DNA of 64,000 bases from a virus. Within the stretch, counting starts at the first letter, position 1. Each line of letters starts with the position of its first letter. The stretch is taken from positions 37,941 through 101,940 of IMG/VR virus record IMGVR_UViG_3300046753_000522, one strand, 5' to 3'. Shown here one piece after another: positions 48,355 through 57,936 of this stretch. The position numbers and the translations under genes are program-made. The notes beneath the pieces are model-generated. The model had not been told where the DNA came from. It searched no databases and saw only the letters and a list, made by a program, of their open reading frames with translations.

Positions 48355-48473
48355 AGGTCTTCTACCTCTACGGGTGCTCCACACATGGGACAAAAAGAAG
48401 GCATTTCGTCATCATCTTCGGTGTATACCTGAGTAACCTTCTCGCATATTTCACAACTGATCTCGTATTCCAT
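48351..48473 (-). CDS. 40-aa zinc-ribbon protein
   Basis: Not in the ORF track. MEYEISCEIC...FCPMCG; GAGGAG RBS; ATGA overlap with the next gene. Confidence 0.7.
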   Translation of the reverse strand: MEYEISCEICEKVTQVYTEDDDEMPSFCPMCGAPVEVEDL

Positions 48474-48482
48474 TTTTACTCC

Positions 48483-49013
48483 TCAATCTAACCATTCAGA
48501 TCTATGAAATGGCAACTTCATTCCGCTCAGGGTGCCTCTTTTTACTATACTGAGCGAAGTCCTGTAGTCAGTAAGAACTTTGACTTGATGTGTTACTCCA
48601 CATGGCATATAGAGTATTTTATCCATTTCACCCAATTCAACCGTTTCAATCTCACCAGTTATCAATGAGAAGTACTCCCAGACAGTTCTTCCTTCGATGT
48701 TGAAAGCATAAACATCATAATTATCAACATGCCATCCAAGGGAAGCATTACTGTCTATATTATCTCCGACAAATCCACTCAACATAGCATCATCATCGTA
48801 AACATCTAACTCTGTTATGTATCGTGGGATTAGTTCTCTAGATTCGTGCAACTCGCAATGTCTGTGTACGAGACCCACAAGTTCTTGATCTTTCCATTTT
48901 CGCCATAGGTCCCATCCAGGACGAATGCGACTGCCCCACTCCCAAAACTCTTCGGGAGTGGTGGCGAGGTCACGCAACGCCTGAGGGAATTCCGTGACCT
49001 CTGGCACCATCAT
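48483..49013 (-). CDS. JmjC/cupin-like oxygenase
   Basis: LGWHVD..DV, G...W, LY.P.G..H.V, R.SLS. Confidence 0.72.
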   Translation of the reverse strand: MMVPEVTEFPQALRDLATTPEEFWEWGSRIRPGWDLWRKWKDQELVGLVHRHCELHESRELIPRYITELDVYDDDAMLSGFVGDNIDSNASLGWHVDNYDVYAFNIEGRTVWEYFSLITGEIETVELGEMDKILYMPCGVTHQVKVLTDYRTSLSIVKRGTLSGMKLPFHRSEWLD

Positions 49014-49993
49014 GCAGCAGCACCCCAAACATCTCCCCAGTCACCGCTCAATGCGCCACGTGCGTAGTCAGTAGCACGATTCTCAAAGAAGTTGGTGTGG
49101 GTGGGTGCGTTAATCATTTCTTCTACCCAAAGCAGAGGATTCTTCTTGACCTTGAAGATGCCCTTCAGTCCGAGCGAGATCAGGCGGCGGTCAGCGATGT
49201 AGCGAATGTAGGTCTTGACCTCTTCTGAAGTTAATCCCTCCATCGGACCCATAGCAAAGGCGAGGTCGATGAACTTATCCTCAAGTTCGACCATCTTGGT
49301 TGCGATAGTATAGATGGTAGACTTCAGACTGTCTCCCCAGATCTCAATATTCTCTTCGACATACTGACGGAACAACTTGATCATGGACTCAGCATGCATC
49401 GTCTCGTCTACAATAGACCATGTAACGATCTGCCCCATTCCCTTCATTTTACCGTGTCGGGGGAAGTTGAGTAGCATAATAAACGAGGAGAACAACTGCA
49501 TCCCCTCCGTAAACGCCGAGAATGCCGCGATATTTGCTGCAACCGACTCAGTAGTACCATTCTTCCCGCTGAGGTCAAGGAAGTACTCGTGCTTCTCTCG
49601 CATTGCCTCGTACTCGAGGAACTCGTTGTAGGTAGAGTCGGGCATACCCAAGGTTTCTATCAGGTGCGAGTATGCAGCAACGTGGAGCGCCTCTCTCGCG
49701 GCGAATCCACACAGCATCATGCGTACTTCTGGTTGTTTGAAATATGGCAGGTAGTTTTGCACATATCCACCCGCCACGTCGATATCTCCCTGTGTAAAGA
49801 ATCGGAAGATGTTAGTTAGAAATGCTTTTTCTTCGTGCGACAGTTTACGTTGCCAATCTTTCACGTCCTCTGCCATAGGCACTTCGGTGTGTAACCAATG
49901 GGACTGTTCGTGTTTTAACCACGCCTCATATGCCCATGGATAATTGAACGGTTTAAAGTATTCTCTTTCTTGCGTTAGTAACGTCTTTGACAT
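49010..49993 (-). CDS. nrdB: Ribonucleotide reductase class Ia, beta subunit
   Basis: FFTQGD, EALH..AYS, EGMQLFSSF, DETMH, NFFE. Confidence 0.95.
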   Translation of the reverse strand: MSKTLLTQEREYFKPFNYPWAYEAWLKHEQSHWLHTEVPMAEDVKDWQRKLSHEEKAFLTNIFRFFTQGDIDVAGGYVQNYLPYFKQPEVRMMLCGFAAREALHVAAYSHLIETLGMPDSTYNEFLEYEAMREKHEYFLDLSGKNGTTESVAANIAAFSAFTEGMQLFSSFIMLLNFPRHGKMKGMGQIVTWSIVDETMHAESMIKLFRQYVEENIEIWGDSLKSTIYTIATKMVELEDKFIDLAFAMGPMEGLTSEEVKTYIRYIADRRLISLGLKGIFKVKKNPLLWVEEMINAPTHTNFFENRATDYARGALSGDWGDVWGAAA

Positions 49994-50548
49994 TTAGAAT
50001 TCCTTTTTATTGCTCCACCATGTCACAAGTACAATCCTGTGACCCTGATACACTTTTGACACGCCATGTTGAAGATGCGGACCATAGCAAAGAGATTCGC
50101 CGTCTTTTATATCAATCACGTCAGTAATTATGTCTTGTCCATAACCATTGTAACCGTGTTCGTCACGAACAGCATCCCAATCACGTGGTCTGCTTTTCTC
50201 TTCATAGGTTCCCATTGCGATGGAGTGTCCTCCAACGAGATCGGATGATTCGAGTAATGTGACGATAGTTAGGTCAGAACCGTTATCTCCGTGAACCTTT
50301 GTGAATGATCCAGGAATATACTTCAGGAAATAAAGTGATGATAAAGGGCATTCAGTGCGTGCTCTTTTATGTAGGGTTTTCATGAACCCTGAATCCATTA
50401 AATCTGAGGATTTTACATCTCTTCTTTCTACTTTGTATAGGTTATAAAACTGCCAATACTGATCCATTGGCGTTTGGTGATAGAGGTCCAATGCCTCCTG
50501 TATTTCTTCTGGACTCAGTAGAGTCTCTTTGGTGTAACCACCCATCAT
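49994..50548 (-). CDS. 2OG-Fe(II) oxygenase
   Basis: Y.PGSF...HGD, GG, HGV..V..G.R.VLV.W. Confidence 0.75.
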   Translation of the reverse strand: MMGGYTKETLLSPEEIQEALDLYHQTPMDQYWQFYNLYKVERRDVKSSDLMDSGFMKTLHKRARTECPLSSLYFLKYIPGSFTKVHGDNGSDLTIVTLLESSDLVGGHSIAMGTYEEKSRPRDWDAVRDEHGYNGYGQDIITDVIDIKDGESLCYGPHLQHGVSKVYQGHRIVLVTWWSNKKEF

Positions 50549-50551
50549 AAT

Positions 50552-52351
50552 TCATCCCTCGCAAGCGAGACATTCTTCATCATTCACTAATGCAGACATA
50601 TCAAGTTCTTTGATTACCTGTCGCTCAATCCTTGCAGATACCTTATCTGCTTTACCGAGTTTTTCTGACCGACAGTAGTACATAGTCTTCAGTCCTCGCT
50701 TCCATGCGAGGAAGTGTACCGCATGCAGATATAGGATGCTGGTGTCGGGTCGGAAGAATACGTTGAGAGACTGCGCTTGATCAATAAAGTTCTGGCGGTC
50801 AGCAGCATGCTCAACAACCCACCGTTGATCGATCTCCATCGATGTCTTAAAGACTTCCTTATCGTCTTGCGATAAGAAGCGCAGGTGCTGGCACGAACCA
50901 TCATTGGCGATTATTGATGACCAGATCTCATCATAGTCCTGTTTTGTCTCCCCTGCCTCAATTTTCTCTTTAATCTTCGCATCCAAATATTTGTTCTTGT
51001 TGAGATATGCACCTGAGAGTGTGTCCTGCCTGTAAGCATTCGCCCTAAATGGTTCAATGGACGGCGAAGTGTTTCCCATAATAATACTACTAGAAGCGTT
51101 AGGAGCGATCGCCATAGTGTGACTAAATCTTCGTCCTGTGCCTGCAGCATCAGGCGCTTCGCCTCTTTCTTGGCCAAGTTCCAGGTTTGCATTGTCGAGT
51201 TTCCTTTTAATGTGTGAGAATAGACGGTTGTTTGTCACCTTCGCCATAGCACATTCAAAGGGCAGATTCTTCTTCTGGAGATAGGCATGAAAACCCAGTG
51301 CTCCTATACCGATACTCCTCTCTCGAGAAGCAGAGTACACTGCTCGCGCAACTGACGGGGGAGCGTTAGTTATGAAGAAGGTTAGCACGTTGTCAAGCAT
51401 CTCTGCCATGTCTCGAAGGAACATATCGTTCTTGCTCCAAGCATCATAGTGCTCGAGATTCACGGAAGAGAGACAACAAACAGCAGTCCTCTCCTCGTTG
51501 GTTGGCAGGATAATTTCTGAACAAAGGTTAGACTGATGTATCTTGAGACCCAGTTCCTTAAGAAACTCGGGTAAGTTTCTGTTGCTGGTGTCAATGTAGT
51601 GGATGTACGGTTCGCCCGTCTCCATCCGTAACTCGAGAATCTTTTGCCACAATGCCTTAGCAGATATCGTCTCGCGGACTTCGCCCGAATGCGGGTCGGT
51701 CAGATTCCACCGATCATCTGCTTCTGGGTCTGTCATACACCTTTCGATCAACTCCATGAAACGGTCGTTGATATTGATACCGTGGTGTAGGTTCAGGCAG
51801 CGACGATTGGGGTCGCCTGTCGGTTTACGCATCTCGAGGAACTCAGTAATATCTGGATGCGAGATGTCAAGGTATGCTGCATATGACCCACGCCGAGTCT
51901 TGCCCTGACGGTATGCCAGAGAGGATGCGTCGTATGTTTTGAGGTGAGGAATTACGCCTGTAGACTTTTCGTCGGAAGAGCGGATACCGAACCCGATACC
52001 AACACCACCACCCATCATGGACAACCAGTTTGTTTCGGACAGATTGGCAACCAGACCCTCAGCAGTGTCCTCGATGAAGTTGAGGAAGCATGAGATTGGC
52101 ATACCCTTTCCCGTGCGCCCGTATGCGAGGATAGGAGTTGAGTAGGATAACCAATGCTTGGATGCGTATTCGTAGAGGCGCTGGGCGTGTTCTGGATTAG
52201 AACCGAATTTCTGTGAGACGAATGCGAACCTGTGTTGCGGAGACTCTTCGTCATCACGCATGTAGGATTCTTTCAGTCTTTGTATTCCCAGAGGATCAAA
52301 CAGTTTGTCGCGGGATAAATCAATTTCAATACCAAGATATGTTTCTTTCAC
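50552..52351 (-). CDS. nrdA: Ribonucleotide reductase class Ia, alpha subunit
   Basis: PISCF, GGGVG, SNLCSEI, AIAPNASSS, IDQ.QS, YY, C-terminal CLACEG. Confidence 0.95.
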   Translation of the reverse strand: MKETYLGIEIDLSRDKLFDPLGIQRLKESYMRDDEESPQHRFAFVSQKFGSNPEHAQRLYEYASKHWLSYSTPILAYGRTGKGMPISCFLNFIEDTAEGLVANLSETNWLSMMGGGVGIGFGIRSSDEKSTGVIPHLKTYDASSLAYRQGKTRRGSYAAYLDISHPDITEFLEMRKPTGDPNRRCLNLHHGININDRFMELIERCMTDPEADDRWNLTDPHSGEVRETISAKALWQKILELRMETGEPYIHYIDTSNRNLPEFLKELGLKIHQSNLCSEIILPTNEERTAVCCLSSVNLEHYDAWSKNDMFLRDMAEMLDNVLTFFITNAPPSVARAVYSASRERSIGIGALGFHAYLQKKNLPFECAMAKVTNNRLFSHIKRKLDNANLELGQERGEAPDAAGTGRRFSHTMAIAPNASSSIIMGNTSPSIEPFRANAYRQDTLSGAYLNKNKYLDAKIKEKIEAGETKQDYDEIWSSIIANDGSCQHLRFLSQDDKEVFKTSMEIDQRWVVEHAADRQNFIDQAQSLNVFFRPDTSILYLHAVHFLAWKRGLKTMYYCRSEKLGKADKVSARIERQVIKELDMSALVNDEECLACEG

Positions 52352-52397
52352 TTCAAATCCTCTGTTTAATTAAACGGCAGGATTATATAGTATTAGA

Positions 52398-52553
52398 TTA
52401 TTTGGTAATACGTTTGCGCTTGCCCATAACTTCAATAAAACTTCGGGTCAGCACTTTATGCTTTCTCTTCTTAGTGCCCATGTCCTTGGTGTCCTTCGGG
52501 ATACCTGCATCGACAGTTGTGGTCATCTCTTCAAACTCTTTAAACGACTTCAT
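52398..52553 (-). CDS. 51-aa basic protein with a capsid-targeting-like N-terminus
   Basis: Not in the ORF track. MKSFKEFEEMTTT...KRKRITK; ATGA overlap with the upstream gene. Confidence 0.65.
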   Translation of the reverse strand: MKSFKEFEEMTTTVDAGIPKDTKDMGTKKRKHKVLTRSFIEVMGKRKRITK

Positions 52554-53131
52554 AGTCTCAGTTCCCCCGAAGTGACATAAATCTGCTGTTTCGTTTTTAG
52601 ATGAGTCACCTCGTATACGGGCACGCCCAAAGACTCACCAATCGGATAGTTGTCTAATATAACCTGTACGGTGTCGCCCTGCTTCACGATCTCTTCGAAC
52701 GTAGAGTTGACGAGTTTGTTACTGGATATCTTGTAGTTTCCTGGAGATAACATACCGTCATCGGTCACGAACCACTGAGTGTTCTCGTCTAAGAACCCAA
52801 GCGGATCAATACCTGCCTCGCCAATGATTTTATCCATCGACTTATCAGATAGTTGCAGGTGCTCTTTAATCAGGAACAGCGCAGAAGCGTAGGAGGCAAA
52901 CTTGGTGCTGCCACCTGGAACCTTTGCGAGTAATTTCTTCAGGTTGAAGACGAGGCGGTGGAAGGCATTGTATGCTGACTTCTCTTCATTGGTCTTTGGG
53001 GATTTTTGCTTAGTACCCTTCGCGTCAATCAGACCAAGTTTGTAGGCAGTGGTGTCTTCGAACTTCGTGGTCAATAATCGAAGAAACCGAAGGGTGTAAG
53101 TTAAATCACCTGCCCTTGAAAGTAATCCCAT
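52550..53131 (-). CDS. Conserved hypothetical protein of T4-like phages
   Basis: Y..RFLRLL...F....AYKLG.ID..G, FHRLVFN.K.L. Confidence 0.7.
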   Translation of the reverse strand: MGLLSRAGDLTYTLRFLRLLTTKFEDTTAYKLGLIDAKGTKQKSPKTNEEKSAYNAFHRLVFNLKKLLAKVPGGSTKFASYASALFLIKEHLQLSDKSMDKIIGEAGIDPLGFLDENTQWFVTDDGMLSPGNYKISSNKLVNSTFEEIVKQGDTVQVILDNYPIGESLGVPVYEVTHLKTKQQIYVTSGELRL

Positions 53132-53499
53132 CAGATATTGTCCAGTTTCGTTTTAACCCAAGGATCGCTTTCTATGCCCTCGAAGTCATTGCCCTTAATT
53201 GCCTTCAAATACTCCAAGAACGGTTTGATTACTGGAAGGTGATCGGCACCGACCTTGTACATCAACATCAAGATAGCAGGTTCATTGCCAAAAATATTCA
53301 ACAGTATCGTGATGTGGTTGAGTATCAACCTCTCTCGTAACTCGTCGCCTCTCTGGTAACGGTTCACCAACCTCTTGATATACTTGAACCTACTCAGTTC
53401 TTCATAGAACTCTTCGGCATCAATACACCTTGGAGTGTGATAATGCTTTGCCGCATAGATGACAAAGTTGTCATCATTTAACTCTTCAAATTTTATCAT
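53131..53499 (-). CDS. Conserved hypothetical protein of T4-like phages
   Basis: NF..YA.KHY..P.C, EF.E....FKYIKRL, ERLILNH. Confidence 0.7.
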   Translation of the reverse strand: MIKFEELNDDNFVIYAAKHYHTPRCIDAEEFYEELSRFKYIKRLVNRYQRGDELRERLILNHITILLNIFGNEPAILMLMYKVGADHLPVIKPFLEYLKAIKGNDFEGIESDPWVKTKLDNI

Positions 53500-53514
53500 A
53501 ACAAAAGTCTTATT

Positions 53515-53763
53515 TTATGACTGTGATTTTAGGTCCGCAATCATGTTTGCTTTTGTCTTGCGCTTATCAAGTTCTACGCCAATGTCTCGTCCAAAGGTTT
53601 CTAACTGCCCTTTGGTCATCTTCTTCAGCGTGGCGTCAGTAGGCAAGACCGCTTCAGGTTTCTCAACCGCTTCTTTTCCCTTGGGCAAAAACCCGACCCA
53701 ATAAATGATCACGCATAGCGCCAGTGCTGCTGGGACCAATAATAGTATTTCGCTCATATTCAC
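53515..53763 (-). CDS. Membrane-anchored small protein (Rho-N/HeH-like tail)
   Basis: N-terminal TM helix; L.KMTK.QL...G...GVELD.R.TK..MI. Confidence 0.55.
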   Translation of the reverse strand: MNMSEILLLVPAALALCVIIYWVGFLPKGKEAVEKPEAVLPTDATLKKMTKGQLETFGRDIGVELDKRKTKANMIADLKSQS

Positions 53764-53769
53764 CTCTCA

Positions 53770-54054
53770 TTATCCCTCGGAATTTCTTCTATTGTATCCC
53801 TTTTCAGCACCTTTCTTGACACGGTCATAAGTCGCTTGTCCACCATCACGCTTGATGACTTTCTTCGCCTTTCTGACTTTCTTCGCGGCATCTGCTTGCG
53901 CCTTGTTAGGAGTGCCGCCCATGCTACCAACCGAACCGCCCTTATCAGCAGCGTGGTCGTAGTTGCTTGCTCCGCTTTTTGGTTTGGAAATGGTCTTGAC
54001 TGCCTTCTTCATTTTAGGGGTCATTTCTTCTCGAATTTGCGCAAAAGTTTTCAT
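53770..54054 (-). CDS. Basic protein, putative internal head protein
   Basis: MKTFAQIREE N-terminus; Lys-rich. Confidence 0.55.
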   Translation of the reverse strand: MKTFAQIREEMTPKMKKAVKTISKPKSGASNYDHAADKGGSVGSMGGTPNKAQADAAKKVRKAKKVIKRDGGQATYDRVKKGAEKGYNRRNSEG

Positions 54055-54058
54055 AGTG

Positions 54059-54910
54059 TTATCCTTTTCCTGCTTGCTTAAACGGTTTCAGGTCACCGTT
54101 GTCCAATTGATCTGTACCGCGACGATTGGGCGACTGACTCTTAACTGCTTCGCCACCTGCCTTCGATACGTCATCTACCGACTGGTCGTACTTGACCTCA
54201 AACTCTTTGTCGGACTGTTGGTGCTGACGAATAAATTCTTTAGATTTGGGCGACTCTTTGTCGACCAGACCTTCGGGTTCAGTAGACGACCTATTGTGCT
54301 TGTCGTATTCCTTGGTGTTGGGATCAGTCTTTGATTGGCCAAGAGGTTCCATATCCTGAGCAGGTTTGTTCTTGCCCTTGAAGTTGAACTCTTTGCCATA
54401 TGGCCATTCGTTAGCAACCTTTTCCATGAAAGTAGCAAAGTCGATAACGGGAGCATTGAAGTCAAGTTTTGGTTCTGTCGACTCGGACACGCCACCCTTT
54501 GAGTGCTTCTCGGGGTCGCCTGCCTTCACCTTACCCATAGGATCTTGAGGTTTCTTTGCTTTCTTTTGCTGGGCACCTTCAACAGATTCTTTATCAGGAG
54601 TACCTGGAACAACTTTCTGCATCGGGTCTTGAGTGGACTCACTATATGATGGTTTTGAGTTCTTTTCAGGATCGCCTGGAACGCACTTCCCCATAGGGTC
54701 AGATTTCTTCTTGTCGCCCTTTCGGGGATCACCGCCTTTGATAGGATCAGCAGGTTCGTTTGCTTCCTTGTTCAACATCGCCATATCTTTATCATCGATA
54801 TCGCCGTCGTTGTCCTTGTCGAAGTGCTTCTTCTGCTTGGCAGAAAGTTTCTTACCTTCCTGCACTTCGAGGTATGCTTCCCATACACTCTTCATTTGCT
54901 TGAGGTCCAT
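54059..54910 (-). CDS. Charged repeat protein, putative prohead/internal protein
   Basis: EF-hand-like DKDNDGDIDDKD; DPMxKxxxGxPxK repeats. Confidence 0.55.
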   Translation of the reverse strand: MDLKQMKSVWEAYLEVQEGKKLSAKQKKHFDKDNDGDIDDKDMAMLNKEANEPADPIKGGDPRKGDKKKSDPMGKCVPGDPEKNSKPSYSESTQDPMQKVVPGTPDKESVEGAQQKKAKKPQDPMGKVKAGDPEKHSKGGVSESTEPKLDFNAPVIDFATFMEKVANEWPYGKEFNFKGKNKPAQDMEPLGQSKTDPNTKEYDKHNRSSTEPEGLVDKESPKSKEFIRQHQQSDKEFEVKYDQSVDDVSKAGGEAVKSQSPNRRGTDQLDNGDLKPFKQAGKG

Positions 54911-54915
54911 TATTA

Positions 54916-55326
54916 TTACTCCTGGGATTTTAATTCGGTAGCAGTATTTATACTCTCTTTAGACTTGGTTATCTGATCTTCGTAATAAACGATTATCGCC
55001 TGCTGTTGCTTTATATATCGTTTGATATCGGCAAGGTTCAGAGAGAGGTTTTCGTAGTGTGGGACAGATATAGCAAAGAACACAAGGTCGCCGTTATCGT
55101 TCTCAAAGTTCTTTTCAAACTCATCAATGTTGTCTGTAGTAACAGTGTACCACTTCACGTCCGACATATTGATCGGACGAGGGGGTCTTTGCTGAGGTAT
55201 GTTAGGTGCTTTGTAGACTACCTGAGTTACAACAACCTCTTCAGGTTTACTGAGGAGACTGCACCCCGTCGTCAGTAGGAGCACCACTGACAGACTCAAT
55301 AGCGTCAAATGCTTTTTTAGTTCCAT
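54916..55326 (-). CDS. o-spanin (Rz1-like lipoprotein)
   Basis: Lipobox LTTGC, Pro-rich segment; overlaps the upstream i-spanin gene. Confidence 0.72.
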   Translation of the reverse strand: MELKKHLTLLSLSVVLLLTTGCSLLSKPEEVVVTQVVYKAPNIPQQRPPRPINMSDVKWYTVTTDNIDEFEKNFENDNGDLVFFAISVPHYENLSLNLADIKRYIKQQQAIIVYYEDQITKSKESINTATELKSQE

Positions 55327-55642
55327 TGTTTACTCTCGTCTCGATTAATCCAGGTTTCTTGAGCGCCAACCTCGTGAGGTCATGCTTACCAAACACTTCA
55401 ATGAGTCGGTTACGACTCTCTTCGGATTCTTCTAATCTCTCCTGAAGTTCCTCGTTCAACTCAGCATTGATTTCCGCTTGGTTCTCCATGCTATCGATAG
55501 TCGCCAAGTTCTGCGCGTTCGCGAGTTTCAACTCTGCGTTGTTCGACTGTAGTTGTGCAATACGTGCTTGGGTGTCGGTGTAATAGAACCAACCGCCACC
55601 TGCGATCGAACCTGCTAACAGTAGGACGAGTAGTATAGGCAT
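55247..55642 (-). CDS. i-spanin (Rz-like)
   Basis: N-terminal TM helix, coiled coil, KPGLIE.R.N. Confidence 0.72.
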   Translation of the reverse strand: MPILLVLLLAGSIAGGGWFYYTDTQARIAQLQSNNAELKLANAQNLATIDSMENQAEINAELNEELQERLEESEESRNRLIEVFGKHDLTRLALKKPGLIETRVNNGTKKAFDAIESVSGAPTDDGVQSPQ

Positions 55643-56109
55643 TATTTCCTCACTAATCTATAGTCTGTCGCACCCTTTCTCGAGTCAACCTCGTAGTTAT
55701 ATCCCATCGACGGTGCGAATCTTTTTACCATTCTTTTGTAGAGTTTCTCTCTTGAACTTTTAACATTCGGTTTGTCGCCCATCTCAATCTCAAACCATTC
55801 GGGTTTGACCGCACTAAAACTCATCTCTTGCGGTTTCTCTGACTTTGTGAAGTCTCTAATGATGTTGATGACCGTTGCGAATATTCGCATAGCATCACCC
55901 TCACCAGTCATATCCTGCCTCATGTTCCTTTCGAAACTGACATTCCAGACCGACTCAGAGTCAGAGATCTCATCTTCTTTGAAGATCACATCAATTTCAG
56001 TCTTATCATCTGGAACAAACCGATACACAAACCGACCCTTCATAATCTTTTGCTTTGTGAACCTATAGGGTCGGTTGAACGATTCTCTCAACTCAAAAAA
56101 GTCTATCAT
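55642..56109 (-). CDS. Hypothetical protein, putative internal head protein
   Basis: MIDFFELRES N-terminus; TG.GDA.RIFATV, SR.KLY. Confidence 0.55.
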   Translation of the reverse strand: MIDFFELRESFNRPYRFTKQKIMKGRFVYRFVPDDKTEIDVIFKEDEISDSESVWNVSFERNMRQDMTGEGDAMRIFATVINIIRDFTKSEKPQEMSFSAVKPEWFEIEMGDKPNVKSSREKLYKRMVKRFAPSMGYNYEVDSRKGATDYRLVRK

Positions 56110-57935
56110 TACTTTGCTCTTTTACGAAGTTCCTTCGTGACCATGATCTGAAACTTTCTCTTTTCTTGGGGTTTCTGCAAACTATCAAATCGCTTGAGCA
56201 GTTTATCAATCATTGCCTTGGGCAGTCGAGCAGTCCGACCTTTGGGGGATACGATAATGTCGTGATTGCCCTTGAGGTCTTGTGCCTTACGGAGTTGCAT
56301 GACGATGTTGCGGTCACCTGCCTCCATAGAACCCATGTGCCTTTTACCAGTACTGGTCTTGGTTGTGCTCTGCTTCTTCGGCGCTGCTTTCTTCGCCCTT
56401 GCTGCACCACGCAACTCTTCCTGCGCACGTGCTTTCAACTTACGCAACTCAACAGAGTTACGAGGCAACTGACCCTTGGGGGCGAGTTCCTTCATCTTAT
56501 TCAAAAGTTTCTGCGAAGTTGCTTCTTCTATTGACTCTTTCTGTGCAGCACTTCCACCGACGTTGTATCGAGACTTAGTAGTCTTGCCAGTCTTAATATT
56601 TCGAGACACCTTATAACCGTTACCAGAAGTGGTAGTAACTGACTGCCCACTTGTGCCACCTGGTGCTCCCTTTCGCCCACTCGAGCGCGAGGAGGAAGAA
56701 GATGAAGAAGATGAAGAGGATGAAGATGAAGAAGATGAAGACGATCTCATTGGATTCTTTCTGACCATTAGAAACTCATCAACGGTTTCTTCCATAATCC
56801 TACGACCATCTGTCTTGTGGACTGTCGCCTTATGCCCAACTCGATTTGTCTTGTTGATTCTATCGGCGTACTTCTTTGCCCCTTGTGAGGTCGGGTGGTA
56901 CTGCTTAATCATCTTCTTGCCACCAGGTTTGGTGACAACGACGAGGTGACCAGGACGGTCAGTGTGATCGCGAGGGTCCATAGATTCGCCAACATCACGC
57001 TTATGGTCGTGATCTAATTCTTTTTTGTGGGCAGGTTGCATCCTAACCCGCTTCTTGCCTGTTCTGGGGTCAGTTACCATGACGGGTTTCTTTGCAGAAG
57101 AATCAGTTTCAATTTCCTCTTGGAACTGCTTGCCCTTGTGCTTGACGTATCCCTTCTTTTCTTTCTTCTTTCTGTCTGCCATCACGTGCGCTTTGTTGTA
57201 CTCGCGCGCATGCTTTGCAACGAGGTTATTGGTCTTTTCTGATACGTGATACCCTTTATCGTCACAGTGGTTACAACCCTCACCCTCACACTTGGGGCAT
57301 TCAACCTTCTTTTCTACCTTCATAGTGGCATATTTCTTACCGCCTGTCGGTGAAGGGATAAACTCTTGAGAAGATGGTGCCATTATTGCTGTGGACTCAG
57401 GGACGCAGTTGGGGACCATCTTATCTCCCTTCTTCTTCATGCCCTGTTTCCTATAACCAGTCCAGCATTCATCAGCATTCTCTTCATTCTTACTTGCCCT
57501 TTTCTCCCGCTCCTTTCGCATCATGTCAGCAACTGCACCCAACTTCTTCTGATCAGAAGAGGACATACCCGCTCGTTTTTTCTTGTCACGAATTGCTGCT
57601 TGCGAGTCGGCATATGCGTCGGTAGATTCTTTCTTCGCGCCTTTCTTTGCATCCATATAAGCAGCAATTGCCATTGACTTTCGGTCTTCGCCAGACTTAC
57701 CTTTAAATTGAGGGGCATCAGATTTCTTAAAGTCGTCAATCCACTTTGCGATAGGGTCTTTTGAACTGAGGGGCATTGTTTTCTCCTTAATGTCGTTCCT
57801 TTTTTGCGAATGCACGACCTTACTACCCGAAGCAATCTTACCGTCTTTCTTTGATTCGTTGGGTGTTAGTTTCTTTGCGTATTTAGTTGAGGCATCTGTG
57901 CCCCATTGGTGCTTGCTTGGGTCATACTTACTCAT
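56109..57935 (-). CDS. Lys-rich modular protein (putative polyprotein of internal peptides)
   Basis: Start trimmed to the ATG at 57935; CWTGY...NCVPE module, CxxC..CxxC module, Ser run. Confidence 0.6.
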   Translation of the reverse strand: MSKYDPSKHQWGTDASTKYAKKLTPNESKKDGKIASGSKVVHSQKRNDIKEKTMPLSSKDPIAKWIDDFKKSDAPQFKGKSGEDRKSMAIAAYMDAKKGAKKESTDAYADSQAAIRDKKKRAGMSSSDQKKLGAVADMMRKEREKRASKNEENADECWTGYRKQGMKKKGDKMVPNCVPESTAIMAPSSQEFIPSPTGGKKYATMKVEKKVECPKCEGEGCNHCDDKGYHVSEKTNNLVAKHAREYNKAHVMADRKKKEKKGYVKHKGKQFQEEIETDSSAKKPVMVTDPRTGKKRVRMQPAHKKELDHDHKRDVGESMDPRDHTDRPGHLVVVTKPGGKKMIKQYHPTSQGAKKYADRINKTNRVGHKATVHKTDGRRIMEETVDEFLMVRKNPMRSSSSSSSSSSSSSSSSSSSRSSGRKGAPGGTSGQSVTTTSGNGYKVSRNIKTGKTTKSRYNVGGSAAQKESIEEATSQKLLNKMKELAPKGQLPRNSVELRKLKARAQEELRGAARAKKAAPKKQSTTKTSTGKRHMGSMEAGDRNIVMQLRKAQDLKGNHDIIVSPKGRTARLPKAMIDKLLKRFDSLQKPQEKRKFQIMVTKELRKRAK

Positions 57936-57936
57936 A

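Noticed and set aside
49010-52351. Intron or intein in nrdA/nrdB
   Set aside because: Both ORFs are continuous and compact; the gene between them is an oxygenase
52380-52397. NrdR box upstream of nrdA
   Set aside because: Only the ACTATATA core matches; no palindromic flanks
56629-56949. Plus-strand acidic (E/D-run) ORF
   Set aside because: It is the antisense reading of the poly-Ser tract in the minus-strand gene
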